Origin: a virus
Reading direction: 5' to 3' (one strand)
Length of the DNA stretch: 64,000 bases
IMG/VR virus record: IMGVR_UViG_3300037010_001286
Coordinates: 18,149-82,148 of that record
The notes below the pieces were generated by a model, which searched no databases, had not been told where the DNA came from, and was given only the letters and a program-made list of their open reading frames with translations. Below, piece by piece: positions 27,004 to 38,200 of the stretch (position 1 is the stretch's first letter; every line of letters begins with the position of its first letter). The position numbers and the translations under genes are program-made.

Positions 27004-29138
27004 TACTGTATATCTGTTGAAGAAACTACTGCTAATACCTTATCAGACTTAAATACCCCTAATTGAGTCTCTACATAATAATTACCACTACTAGTAACAT
27101 CATAGGTTATATAAGTCTCATATGATCTAGGGGTAATTGTTCCTACTAAAGTATCATCTTGATAGATATTAAATACTCCCTCTACTTTACCCTCATCTTC
27201 TCCAGCAGTAATAGTATCACAGTTTCTATAATTAGCTCCAGCTAATCGTACGCAAGGAGTAAATTGTAGAGTAGCTTTTCCTACACCCGGTATGACTGAT
27301 ATACCATTAACTTTATAAGGAGTTTCCACAGAAAAAGTATAAGTATAATCTTGACTAATCTCAGGAGATTTACTATACTGGTTTTCTGCAAAAACTTTTA
27401 TTGTTGGGGTTATAGTTGTAATAGGTATCTTTGGTTGTTGATTTCCACTATAGGAGCTTACCCAAAAATCTTCCCCAATAGTATGAGTAGTAATTTTATC
27501 TTGTATTCCTCTTAGGATATTTGAGAACTTAAATACAGTACTAGAAACTTTAACTACAGTACTAAATGATATTGCTTCATCCCCCCAGTAAGCAGTATTT
27601 ACTATTCGTTGTAAGTCCGAATCATTACCTGATATAGGATACATTGTACTATCTAAATTTTCTACAGTTATTACTAAAGTTCTATCAATAGTATCTCCTG
27701 AAAGATACTCTATATTTGTAACCGTACCATACGCCCAAGGGCTAAAAGGTATCATTGTATTAGTTGTCTCATATCCTTTAAGATCAGTTATATAAACATC
27801 ACTTTTATAAGAAGCAGCTACGTGAACAGCTCTATTAGTAGAGTTTTCTGCAGTAACTGGAAATATCTTCATTCTACTTGGAGCATGAGTAATAGTATAG
27901 TTTGGAGCTAAACTAATAGAACTTATAGATGGTAATTGCATAGCTTGGTGTACTGAGAAAATATCTTCCATAGCTTCTATAGAAAAATATGAGTCTTTTA
28001 CAGCATCACCTGTAGTTTTAATAACACGAAATACTAATGTCTTATTATCAGTTAAATATGAATCAGAAAAAGTAAATGCTGTACCAATTAAAAAGTTAGG
28101 AAAGTCAAACGGGCTTATTTTAAAAGTTAGTGTAGCTAAAGGATATGATAACTTCTTAAAGTTAAAAGCCGCTAATTGATTTAATGCTTCATCAGTATTA
28201 ACACATGATAAATCTATATCAATATTGTTTATAAATCCAGCAGCAGTAACATTGGCATGGTTAGTTAAGGATATTGTATCAAGTTTTGGTGTTTGATTTC
28301 CAGTAATATTTGCATACTTAAAAGTAAAAGTATTTGGGAGTTCAGCTCTACTTGATCTAGTAATCTTTATATCATCAGCTATATCTACATCTATATTTTG
28401 TAGAGTATTAATATCATAGTCTAATCTTAATAACTTATAATAATATTTACCTATTACTGTATTATAATATAGAAGTCCATTCGTATATCGTAATATCTCT
28501 TGTACCCAATCCATACCTTTTTTGCTAACATTAATAACCATACTTAAACCAAGTTTTTCATGATAAAGAGTGGCAGCTGCATCTTCAAATGAACTTGAAT
28601 CAATTAAGTATGTAGGTATTTTTAAAAGCTTAACCATAATATCATAAAGTATAAATGCTGGATTAGCATTTGTAATAGATATAGAACTACTTCCAGTAGT
28701 TGTATTAATACTTTTAGTTCCAATAATTCTATTATAGGTACTATAACCTACTAAAGATGAGCAAGATTCTATATCAGTTCTTCCTACTAAAATTCCATAA
28801 TAAGGAACTGTTCGTACATTATCCCCAATGTATGCTTGAGGAAATACTATATAGGATACATCTTTATATGTTAAAGCCTTTCCAGTCTTAGTTGTTAAAT
28901 AACTATCTGCAGTTGTTTGAGATCCAGTATAAAATGTAAGAGTTGAATCACTAAAAGATGAACCATATACTTCACTAGCTATACCAGTTTTTGCTAAAAA
29001 AGTGGCTGCATTAGTAGTTATATTCCCTGACCATACTTTATTTTCTTGTAGATAAAATCCATATAAGTTATCTATCCTTTCACTAAAAGCATATGCCATA
29101 TCTAAGAAATATGAATAACCCGATATAGTCTGTCCCAT
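27003..29138 (-). CDS. Tail tip / central fibre hub protein (gpJ/Tal-like)
   Basis: ANPAFILYD, IDSSSFEDAAATLYHE, position in the tail operon. Confidence 0.75.
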   Translation of the reverse strand: MGQTISGYSYFLDMAYAFSERIDNLYGFYLQENKVWSGNITTNAATFLAKTGIASEVYGSSFSDSTLTFYTGSQTTADSYLTTKTGKALTYKDVSYIVFPQAYIGDNVRTVPYYGILVGRTDIESCSSLVGYSTYNRIIGTKSINTTTGSSSISITNANPAFILYDIMVKLLKIPTYLIDSSSFEDAAATLYHEKLGLSMVINVSKKGMDWVQEILRYTNGLLYYNTVIGKYYYKLLRLDYDINTLQNIDVDIADDIKITRSSRAELPNTFTFKYANITGNQTPKLDTISLTNHANVTAAGFINNIDIDLSCVNTDEALNQLAAFNFKKLSYPLATLTFKISPFDFPNFLIGTAFTFSDSYLTDNKTLVFRVIKTTGDAVKDSYFSIEAMEDIFSVHQAMQLPSISSISLAPNYTITHAPSRMKIFPVTAENSTNRAVHVAASYKSDVYITDLKGYETTNTMIPFSPWAYGTVTNIEYLSGDTIDRTLVITVENLDSTMYPISGNDSDLQRIVNTAYWGDEAISFSTVVKVSSTVFKFSNILRGIQDKITTHTIGEDFWVSSYSGNQQPKIPITTITPTIKVFAENQYSKSPEISQDYTYTFSVETPYKVNGISVIPGVGKATLQFTPCVRLAGANYRNCDTITAGEDEGKVEGVFNIYQDDTLVGTITPRSYETYITYDVTSSGNYYVETQLGVFKSDKVLAVVSSTDIQ

Positions 29139-29147
29139 TTTACTTCC

Positions 29148-29387
29148 TTATTTCTTATCCGGAGTATCTTGATAAATTGGTTTATTAGTTAAATTAGCAT
29201 AATATATACAATTACCTTTTATATAAGTTGTTCCATATATTAAAGGAACAACCCTGGAGGAGGAATTATCAGGTATTTGGAAGTCATCTAAACCACTTGG
29301 AGATGCGGAAGTAGGACCAGGAGGTACAGGCATAAATAAGAATACTGCTACTAGTAAAACTACTGTAATAATAAGTAACCAAGGCAT
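29148..29387 (-). CDS. Small tail assembly protein
   Basis: VVPLIYGT motif typical of the tail tip cluster. Confidence 0.65.
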   Translation of the reverse strand: MPWLLIITVVLLVAVFLFMPVPPGPTSASPSGLDDFQIPDNSSSRVVPLIYGTTYIKGNCIYYANLTNKPIYQDTPDKK

Positions 29388-30124
29388 TATATAGACTCCG
29401 TAGCTGGATTTTTTGTAGGAATAAAAGGAAATCCCCCGAAATTTGCTAAATTATTAAATTTAGATTCACATTGTGATAATGACTTATCACAACCTTTTGA
29501 AAAACTAATTGTAGTTGGAATATCTAGTAATATAGTATCTAAAGTAACAGTATTTCCTATATGAGAAGTAATATATGCAGTTTCTCCAAGGTCTGTATTA
29601 ATAGACCCTCCCATAAAAGTTCCATTTGCTACAGTGCTTAGAGTTGTACTAGTAATACTATCTCTATTTTGAGAAACAGTAAATACATTAGTACTTATTG
29701 TATGAGCTTGTTTAGAAATTCCACACTGTCCCTCATATAATATAAATGAACAAGAAGTTCCATAAGTTCTATAAGGAACAATACTATCAAATACGGCCTC
29801 TTTACGTTTTAGGGTAGCTGTTACTTGTTTTTTATTTCTGTCAAAAACTACTTGTGTAACAATACCTGAAAATATTTCAAATCCTGAGGAGAAATCATAG
29901 ATAGTTATCTCTACTTCACTTGAAGGTGAGTTTAAAACAAAATATTTAAAAGGATAAGTATCTTGAGGGAGGTCTAAACGTACTTCTGCATTAGTAAGCT
30001 CTATACTTATTTCTGTACGAGTAATAGCGGAGGGAATATACTCATTACCCATAAAAGTAATAGTATATTCAGATGATGAGTACGTTGAAACTTTCCCTTG
30101 AAAAGTTATTTTGTATAAATCCAT
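29387..30124 (-). CDS. Tail tip protein, DUF2163/BR0599-like (Fe-S)
   Basis: C...LY...CG, GCDK...C..KFNNLANFGGFPFIP. Confidence 0.85.
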   Translation of the reverse strand: MDLYKITFQGKVSTYSSSEYTITFMGNEYIPSAITRTEISIELTNAEVRLDLPQDTYPFKYFVLNSPSSEVEITIYDFSSGFEIFSGIVTQVVFDRNKKQVTATLKRKEAVFDSIVPYRTYGTSCSFILYEGQCGISKQAHTISTNVFTVSQNRDSITSTTLSTVANGTFMGGSINTDLGETAYITSHIGNTVTLDTILLDIPTTISFSKGCDKSLSQCESKFNNLANFGGFPFIPTKNPATESI

Positions 30125-30136
30125 CTTATTTAATCC

Positions 30137-31201
30137 CTAGGTAACATATAGTGTACTATAATCGTTATATAATTCTATTAAAGATAATTTAACACTACTA
30201 AAATTTATATCATCTAAATCAAACGTTAGAGTATCTGTATTTAGTCTACAATAATATAAAAAGTTTACTTCAGGACATGAACTTGTAAAACTAGTAGGAA
30301 TAATATCAACCAAATTAAGTTTCTCACAAGACTCATTATTACTATTTATATACTCTTCAACAGATAATACTTGACTAGCAAAACCAATCTCAGGAAAGTA
30401 TAAAATCTTATTAACAAATGTATATGTAGTAGCTGTATATGATTTCTTTATTAAAATATAATTTGTTCCACTAACAGGAATATCATCAAATGTAAACGCA
30501 TTATTTCTAGCATTAAATAAAAAGGTACGATATTTTCCTTGTACCGAAGTAAACCAATTAAGTACTAATACTCTATCTTGTACTGTATTTTGTTTTAGAA
30601 TAACTTCAAAGGATTTTGCAGGATTTGCGTTAGTAACTATTTGTTGTTTTTGATATATTTGACCATTTATATCATAATAAGCATTAATAGTTTCATTTAC
30701 ACTATCATAAATATCAAAAGGGAATAAAGTATTTCCATACATAGGTTTACTTGTTGTTGGTATAGTACTATAACTATCCTGCCCTGGTGCTTTCCAAGTT
30801 ACTGAATAATTTCCTGCTGTAGCCCCTATAAATCTAACCTTAATAGAGCATATTCCATTCGGTAAAGTTATTGTACCTACTCCAATTCCTAACCCTAAGT
30901 CTATATAAGTAGCAGCTACTAAAGTACCATTTATAATAATTTCTACCGTAGTATTAGTAGCTGTAATCTTAAACGTATATAACCCATAAGAAGGTAGGAG
31001 TAAATCTCCTGTTAGTAATATTAAAGAAGATGCTGGAGTAGTATAATAAATACTAGGACTTTCTGATAAGTCATCTTCATAATGTATACGAATTAACTTA
31101 TTAGATATACCATAAACAGTTTCTACATTATTTGCAGCTATAAATGTAGAAGGAGTTATATACCCTGTACAATCATAGTGTTTAACTAGAAATCTTTTCA
31201 T
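30137..31201 (-). CDS. Tail protein with PA14-like domain
   Basis: GLYTFKI, VTWKAPG, C-terminal CRLNTD. Confidence 0.6.
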   Translation of the reverse strand: MKRFLVKHYDCTGYITPSTFIAANNVETVYGISNKLIRIHYEDDLSESPSIYYTTPASSLILLTGDLLLPSYGLYTFKITATNTTVEIIINGTLVAATYIDLGLGIGVGTITLPNGICSIKVRFIGATAGNYSVTWKAPGQDSYSTIPTTSKPMYGNTLFPFDIYDSVNETINAYYDINGQIYQKQQIVTNANPAKSFEVILKQNTVQDRVLVLNWFTSVQGKYRTFLFNARNNAFTFDDIPVSGTNYILIKKSYTATTYTFVNKILYFPEIGFASQVLSVEEYINSNNESCEKLNLVDIIPTSFTSSCPEVNFLYYCRLNTDTLTFDLDDINFSSVKLSLIELYNDYSTLYVT

Positions 31202-32412
31202 GAGTACTCCAGTAGAGATATATTGTGCTTTTGTCCCATAGAACTCTCGTAGGATGATGCAGATGACTTAGAAGGAATCATTAAACGAACTGGTATTATC
31301 CAATCCCCTAATTTACAAGATATAGGTTTTAAAACTGTTATTGAGGTAGCTGTAACATTAGTAATTTTTAATAATATCGCAGCTTGTTCTGTATTATAGA
31401 TTACACAGTAATCCCCAATATGAAATACACCATTATAAGTATCACATGGTATTATATTTACTGAGGATAAAGTAGCAGTTGATTTAGTAGCAAAAGCCCA
31501 TAAAGGTTGATACATTTTATCATATAATCCACTATATATTGTATTCTCAACAAAACTAGATAAACTTGCAGTATTTGTAGTTATAGAATAGTTTATATTA
31601 ACTTTTGATGTATCCATAATTGCTATTCTTCTCTCCTTACCACTGGTACTTGTAAAAATATTAGTCTTATAAGCATAACTCTCACTATAAGAGTGTCTAT
31701 CAGGATAAATAGAATAAATAACTATTGGTTGACGTGTAATAGCTAGGTAAATATATATTGTAACTTTATCAAAATATATTGGTAAAAAATCAGCTACATC
31801 TGAATCTCCTGAAAGTAATTTTGCAGTAATTTTAAGAGTAGCTTGTCCTAAAGGAGCTATTACTTGTCCTATATCTATACCCGATAATATACAACCAAAG
31901 TTTACTGGTATATCATGGGAAATTAAAGTTATTGGGTCAGTTCTTTTATTATAAATAGTTAAAGTTAGGTCTTTATCAGCTGTTATTACTCCAAATATAA
32001 GCTCTCTATTAGATGGGTAAGTTAATACCTCTGTGCTTGATAGAGATATTAATGATTCATTGGTTATTAACCCTGGATTAATATTAGTAGTACCCAAAGT
32101 ATTAAATACTGGTGGTAAAATATTATTTATAACATAAGAGCCTGGTGAAGTTGATATATAACTTGCATAGTAACTAATAATACCTATTAAGCCTGATAAT
32201 ATATTATTATTTATCTTAATATTACTATATATTAAATCAGGAGTAAATAGTATATTACCTTTTTTTGTTTCAAAAGTAGTTACATTACCAACGTAAGAAG
32301 TAGTTGCTATAGATACTGAGGTAATTATTATAGAACCACTAATAACAGTAATAGAACCTATGTTACTACTTCGTGAAACACCATTAACAGATTCTATAGT
32401 TGGTGATGCCAT
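31198..32412 (-). CDS. Distal tail-like protein
   Basis: ESYAYKTNIFTSTSGKERRIA motif; position. Confidence 0.6.
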   Translation of the reverse strand: MASPTIESVNGVSRSSNIGSITVISGSIIITSVSIATTSYVGNVTTFETKKGNILFTPDLIYSNIKINNNILSGLIGIISYYASYISTSPGSYVINNILPPVFNTLGTTNINPGLITNESLISLSSTEVLTYPSNRELIFGVITADKDLTLTIYNKRTDPITLISHDIPVNFGCILSGIDIGQVIAPLGQATLKITAKLLSGDSDVADFLPIYFDKVTIYIYLAITRQPIVIYSIYPDRHSYSESYAYKTNIFTSTSGKERRIAIMDTSKVNINYSITTNTASLSSFVENTIYSGLYDKMYQPLWAFATKSTATLSSVNIIPCDTYNGVFHIGDYCVIYNTEQAAILLKITNVTATSITVLKPISCKLGDWIIPVRLMIPSKSSASSYESSMGQKHNISLLEYS

Positions 32413-32418
32413 ATTTTA

Positions 32419-33753
32419 CTACTCGATAGCTAAAGCATGTTTATTATTTATATCTAATGGAAAGCTCATATACTGTTTTGTACCAACTTGTATATTCATA
32501 ATAAAATTAGGAAGTACGCCATAATGTTTAAATAGATTATGAACTTGTCCTATTGGTTTATATTCTGTATTATCAGTAAATGTAGTATTTATTCCTGCTA
32601 TAATTGGTGCTAAATAAATCTCCCCTGTTAATGAATTATATCCAGCAGTAGTAAATGGAGAAGGTGTTATCATATCTATATAACCCTGACTAGAATTAAT
32701 AGAGGATGTAACTCCTGAACCATACCACACACCCTCATAACTAATATAATAAAGGGAACCTGTAGTGTAAGAAGCAGATTGTACTAATTCTCTTTCTGAA
32801 AAGTTACCATAACATACTTCTCCTCCATTAAAATTGAATAATTTATCAACCATACCACCATAAAAGTATTGGAAACCTAACTTTTGGCTTACTAAAAAGT
32901 CAGAAGAAAGTCCAAGATAAAAGTGGTTTGAATCTGCAATAAAATTAAAGAATACTGAGTTATGTGGATGATTCATATCCGGAGTTTTTAAATAAAAATA
33001 ATCATAAATTAAAGAATCATCTGTACTTAATAGACCAGGTTGTCTATTTACTGGTTTAGTATTATCAAAACCACTATTTCTAAAAATATATAATTTAGCA
33101 TTAATATAATCATATTTAAAAGAATAATATATAGTATTACCATAAGTAGTTACTGAGCTTACGTATAACTCTGATGATTTATACCCATAAGAAAATTTAC
33201 GAGTACCACACATAGCAGTAACACTCATTATTGATGTAATAATAGATCCACTATCATAATATGTGTATTGATTACCTAAAGTATATTCAACATTATTATA
33301 ATATACATCAAAATCTACAGTTGAATAACCATCTAAAATTGTAGATGAAATTTGTACCTTATTAGCTGGGTAAACTGAGTAATTATATAGGTAAAAATAC
33401 TCAGGATTTGTACCTCCATTATTATAAGATATATTATGCCGTAAGAAGTAATCATAATTAGTATTAAACATCCTTGGGGCTAACCATAAACCATATGTCT
33501 CACAATATTCTAAATTAGTATTTCTTGTATACCCATATAGTGCAACATCTGTAGTATTAATAGTTGATACAGGAGTTTTAGTGATATTTAGAACATTATA
33601 TACAGGACCATACCCTTGGTCAAACATCTCAGTAGTTACCTTTTTATTTACTGTCCACCCTGCAGCTGTAAACTGACGTTCTAGAAAGTCAATAACATTA
33701 GTTGGGCTTCCTTGATAAAACATATAAGAGTCTTTCTCATTATGATAGTACAT
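32419..33753 (-). CDS. Virion structural protein
   Basis: Tyr/Asn-rich; position in the tail operon. Confidence 0.6.
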   Translation of the reverse strand: MYYHNEKDSYMFYQGSPTNVIDFLERQFTAAGWTVNKKVTTEMFDQGYGPVYNVLNITKTPVSTINTTDVALYGYTRNTNLEYCETYGLWLAPRMFNTNYDYFLRHNISYNNGGTNPEYFYLYNYSVYPANKVQISSTILDGYSTVDFDVYYNNVEYTLGNQYTYYDSGSIITSIMSVTAMCGTRKFSYGYKSSELYVSSVTTYGNTIYYSFKYDYINAKLYIFRNSGFDNTKPVNRQPGLLSTDDSLIYDYFYLKTPDMNHPHNSVFFNFIADSNHFYLGLSSDFLVSQKLGFQYFYGGMVDKLFNFNGGEVCYGNFSERELVQSASYTTGSLYYISYEGVWYGSGVTSSINSSQGYIDMITPSPFTTAGYNSLTGEIYLAPIIAGINTTFTDNTEYKPIGQVHNLFKHYGVLPNFIMNIQVGTKQYMSFPLDINNKHALAIE

Positions 33754-33765
33754 ACTATTTTCCTT

Positions 33766-35268
33766 TTATAATTCTAGTGCATAATAATGATTACCAATAG
33801 GTACATCGGCATCAGGTAATACTATATAATCTTTAGAGTTAATTGTTATAATACTTTCCGGAGTTGCTTGAGAACTAGATATAGCATAAACTCCATCTAC
33901 TATACCTAAATAAGAAGTTCCATACCAAACACTTATAGCAGTCATAAATACAGAGTTAGAAATAGATAAGAAAGAACTAATATCCCCCGTAATATGTCCA
34001 ACGGATGCACTAATATAACCATTATATCCTAATCTATAACTATTATTAGTACTATATAATATACCACTTCTAAAATCGGTGTTATCTACCATAGTCCATA
34101 ATCTATCAGCAGTAGTAGTAGTACCAGCAGTAAACACATTATTACCATCAGAACCTAGTGTTTTAATTTTACCAACATACCCAATTTGATACAATGGAGT
34201 ACTTCTAGTTGCAGTTATGTCTAATAGCTTATATGCAATAATAACTCTATCAGTTGTTACAGATAACCAATATTTTACTATTTCTGTTGAAAAAGGAGGT
34301 ACACTACATAGGTATTTAGTTACAGCCTCTGTCCCTACCTGGATAGTATCTGCAGGAGAGTGTCCTGATACATTTACATCAGCGGTAAATAGACTAGTCT
34401 TTAAATAAATATTATTACTACTATTTACCCCAATAACAACCTCTATATCATGTCCGTTAGAGCAAGTATTCCTATAAGTCCCTCCCTCTAATACTCCAAC
34501 ACCATTAGTTATTAAATCAGTAACATAAGCATCAGTACTAAGTACTGGAGTAGTTTTATTAACTAATGCTAATATATCAGCAGCTGTTAGTACTTTTGAC
34601 CAAGTTACTAATTGGTCAAAAGTAAACAAAGTATAAGTTCCACCTATAGAATAAAGAATAGGATAGTATAGATTTGTATTTGCTATAGAGTCTATGACTA
34701 TTTGCTGTACCAAAGTAGAATTTACATATAATGTTAATGTTCTTGTAGTAGTTGAGAAAGTAAATGTAAGTAATTCCCAGCTTTTGCCTGTATAATCACT
34801 AAAGTAGTTTTCCATTAAGTATAATAACGGAGGAAAACCTTTATATATACATGCATCTTTATCAAAGTCTAAATCTATTCCATATCTATTAGTACTAGAA
34901 TTATAACATCCACGTAAAAATGCAGTACTAATCTGTGAATCTGCCCTTAATACTGAGTTTGCCATATTTACCCAAACAGTAATAGAAAACTCTGTAGGGT
35001 AATTAGAAAATACAGTAGCATCTAAATTAGTTTGGACATATGGACCAGTAAGCGTTGCTCCAGGATACATCATAATCCCTGTAGTTGTTGAATATCTACC
35101 AGGAGCAGCTAAAATAGTTCCTGAAGGAGTATATTTTAAAGATTTAGAAGAGGTTACAGTTGAAATAGTGCTATAATCAAGCCTCTTCCATCCTGCATCA
35201 CTCATTAGTTGTTTTAAATCAGTAAATAAACTATTCATATTCTTATTAATACCTATTTTAGATGCCAT
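33766..35268 (-). CDS. Virion protein with LamG/concanavalin A-like domain
   Basis: FSITVWV, WELLTFTF...LYVN, WSKVLTAADI. Confidence 0.7.
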   Translation of the reverse strand: MASKIGINKNMNSLFTDLKQLMSDAGWKRLDYSTISTVTSSKSLKYTPSGTILAAPGRYSTTTGIMMYPGATLTGPYVQTNLDATVFSNYPTEFSITVWVNMANSVLRADSQISTAFLRGCYNSSTNRYGIDLDFDKDACIYKGFPPLLYLMENYFSDYTGKSWELLTFTFSTTTRTLTLYVNSTLVQQIVIDSIANTNLYYPILYSIGGTYTLFTFDQLVTWSKVLTAADILALVNKTTPVLSTDAYVTDLITNGVGVLEGGTYRNTCSNGHDIEVVIGVNSSNNIYLKTSLFTADVNVSGHSPADTIQVGTEAVTKYLCSVPPFSTEIVKYWLSVTTDRVIIAYKLLDITATRSTPLYQIGYVGKIKTLGSDGNNVFTAGTTTTADRLWTMVDNTDFRSGILYSTNNSYRLGYNGYISASVGHITGDISSFLSISNSVFMTAISVWYGTSYLGIVDGVYAISSSQATPESIITINSKDYIVLPDADVPIGNHYYALEL

Positions 35269-35277
35269 GTTTACTCC

Positions 35278-38200
35278 CTAGTGCTTGACTACGTTATTTA
35301 TAATTTGTCTACCAGCTCTTGAAGTTAAGTAAGACTCTATAACTGAAGGATCAATAGAATTTACAATAACAACCTCAGATTGAGTAGAAGAAGACTGTTG
35401 AGGGGCTTTAGAATTTCCTGCCTCTTTAATTGCTGCCATGTCTTTTCTACTAAGAACATACTCACCAGTTTGTAGAGTTGCAGGAACCTCATCACTTCGT
35501 AATCCTGTTCTATTATCGTTATAGACATAACCCCCTGTGTGGAAAGTTTGTGCTTTAATTTGTGCAACTTGTTGCATACCAACCGCAATAGCTCCTGCAG
35601 CAGCTATTGGAGCTAAAAAAGTGCCGCCAGGTAATAATCCAGCATCTCTATAAGCATTTGATGCTGCCATGTAGGTATTAACTATTGCAGAAGCAACTTG
35701 TAGAGCTTGTGAAGCTCTCAAAGCTGCCTTTGATCTCTTCCCTGATAGTAGAAAAGCTGTTTGAGCAATCTCATTTAATCCTTGGAAACCAACTTGAGCA
35801 GATTTAAGCTGCATACCCATTTGAGCCTCTTGTGCATCTGCAGCTGCTTTATTTTGAGCAATAATAGTATCGTTTGTAATTCTATTACGTTCTATTTTTA
35901 TTCTATCGATTTCATCTTGAATAGCTTGTAGAGCTGCTGCATCAGATTGCATTTTTGCTGCTTGATTTAATGTATCTTCTTGGTTATTTAAAGTATCAAT
36001 TTGAGTATTAGCATTAGCTGCATATTTGTCAAAGTTAGCTTGTGTTCTTTCTGCATACTCTTTATAAGTAACTTTATTTAATCCAAAACCAGTAGATAGG
36101 GCACTAGGGCCTGATGCGTCAGCTCTATTAGCTAATTCATTTTCCCTAGCAGCTCTAGTTGCTAGAATTTGTTTAGCTCTATCCTCCCCTACTGAGGAAC
36201 CTAAAGAACTTAACTGTGCTTGTCTTTCTAATTCATCTGTGTATTTTTTAGTAGTTTCTAGAAGGTCTTGATATTCAGCATTGATTCTACGACTAGCAAT
36301 AATTTCTTGAGCAGTAGCTGCTGTGGCTTTTGCTCTATTTTCAGCTATCTTTTCAGTAGTTTGAACTATGTCCTTATCAGTAGCTAAAATTTCCTGATTA
36401 GCTTCTTCTAATTTTTTAACTAGCTCATTATGTTTCTCAAGATTACCTGAACCATTCTGATTAAATTCTTCTATTTCCTTAGTTATATCTTCTCGTTTTT
36501 TTAGTAATTGTGTTAATAATTCTGATTTCTCTGCCTGCATACGCATAGTACTAGCAATTCTTTCTTCATATATCTCACTTTGTTTTCTAGCTTCTAAAGA
36601 AGTATCATTTGCTCTATCTAATGCGTCATTTGCCTCTTTTTGTTCTTGTGTAGTTCGTTCTAAGGCATCACTAAGATTAGTATATAAAGCTACTCTTTTC
36701 TCATCTAAAGCAATACCATCTTGTTTTAGATTATTTATTTCTCCTAATGTTAATAATTGTTCTTTTACAGAGTTTAGTTTATCAATATTCTCTTGTGGGC
36801 CAGTATAATTCTGAACCATATCAGTAACCATACCTGCTGCTACTGTTCTTTTTGTTTGATCTTCCTCTGATAACCCTTTTTTATTAGTACTCAAAGTAGC
36901 TTTAAAATTTTCAATAGCTAATAGTTTATCAGATGTAGTACCTTTAAAATTTGCTAGGAATGTTTTTATTTCATCTGCAACAGGTTTACCAGCCCCATCC
37001 ATAACCTTAACCAATTGGTTTGTTAGGTTTTTTTCATCACCAAATAAAGCATTTATATTCTTGTCAATAATTTCAAGAGTTGCTCTTATTCTATCATTAA
37101 CATCATCACTAGCATTATAAGCCTTATTAATTTCTTCAACTTGAGCAGTAAGGGCTTTAATAGTACTTTCCGGAACTGATTGATGAACCTGGGTTGGAGT
37201 ATCAGCAGGTATAGTACTACTACCAGTAACCAAAGGTATAGAAGTTGGGATATTAAAACGCCCATTCGCTCCAGTTGTTGTATATAACTGTGCTGATGGA
37301 GAAGTATCTGTATGATACTTTCCATTATCATCTTGTATTAATATTCGATTTCCACCTTGTCTATACGGGTTTTTATCTGTTGCTAAGGATACATGGACTG
37401 TATCCTTCTCTAAAATTAGCTGAGCAATATTAGCCATTAATTTAGCATTAGATTTAATAAGCTCAAATACCTCTACAGGAGTCTTATTAGGTATATTTAT
37501 ATCTGCTCCTAACCCTTTTGTATGGTCAGAATTTGGTACTCCTCCTACCTTTTGATTTACAACTGGGTCTCTAACTCCACTAGATACATGAACATTTAGT
37601 CCATTATCTCTCATATATAATATAAGGTTAGTAAGTCTCTCGAAGTTATTCTTTATAGGATCACTAATAGCATACATTAGATTATTAATCTCTTCACCTT
37701 TTACATTTGTATGAACTAATTCTCCTCGTACTTCATCAGCTGATTTCCCTACTGTTTGTTGTGCATTAACTGTAGGAGTATTTGCTATAATATTTTGTTG
37801 TCCTGAAGCTACTCTAGCTTTATTATATGATTCTATTAGAACATTTAGCAACGTAGTTAATTTTGATACATTATCTTTATTATTAAAATCAGCAGCTGTT
37901 AAATCTTTTTGGATACCTCCAACTGTATTTTGAAATTGAGTAAGCTTATTAAGTAAAGCAGTATCAGATTGTGGAACTGTTTTTATTATTTGAGCTATAG
38001 AAGCAGATATGGAACTAGCAAAGTTAATCATAGCTGTTTTAGTATTATCTCCAGCAGCACTAAGAGTAGTACTTGAGAAGTCATTAGGGTGTTTATTCAT
38101 ATCTTGATATGCTAATACATTAGTTTTAGCGATAGTAAGATTAGAGTGAGCATCAGCTAGTGTAGCAAGTACCTTCGTTTGTTCTCTAAGTGTTTTAACA

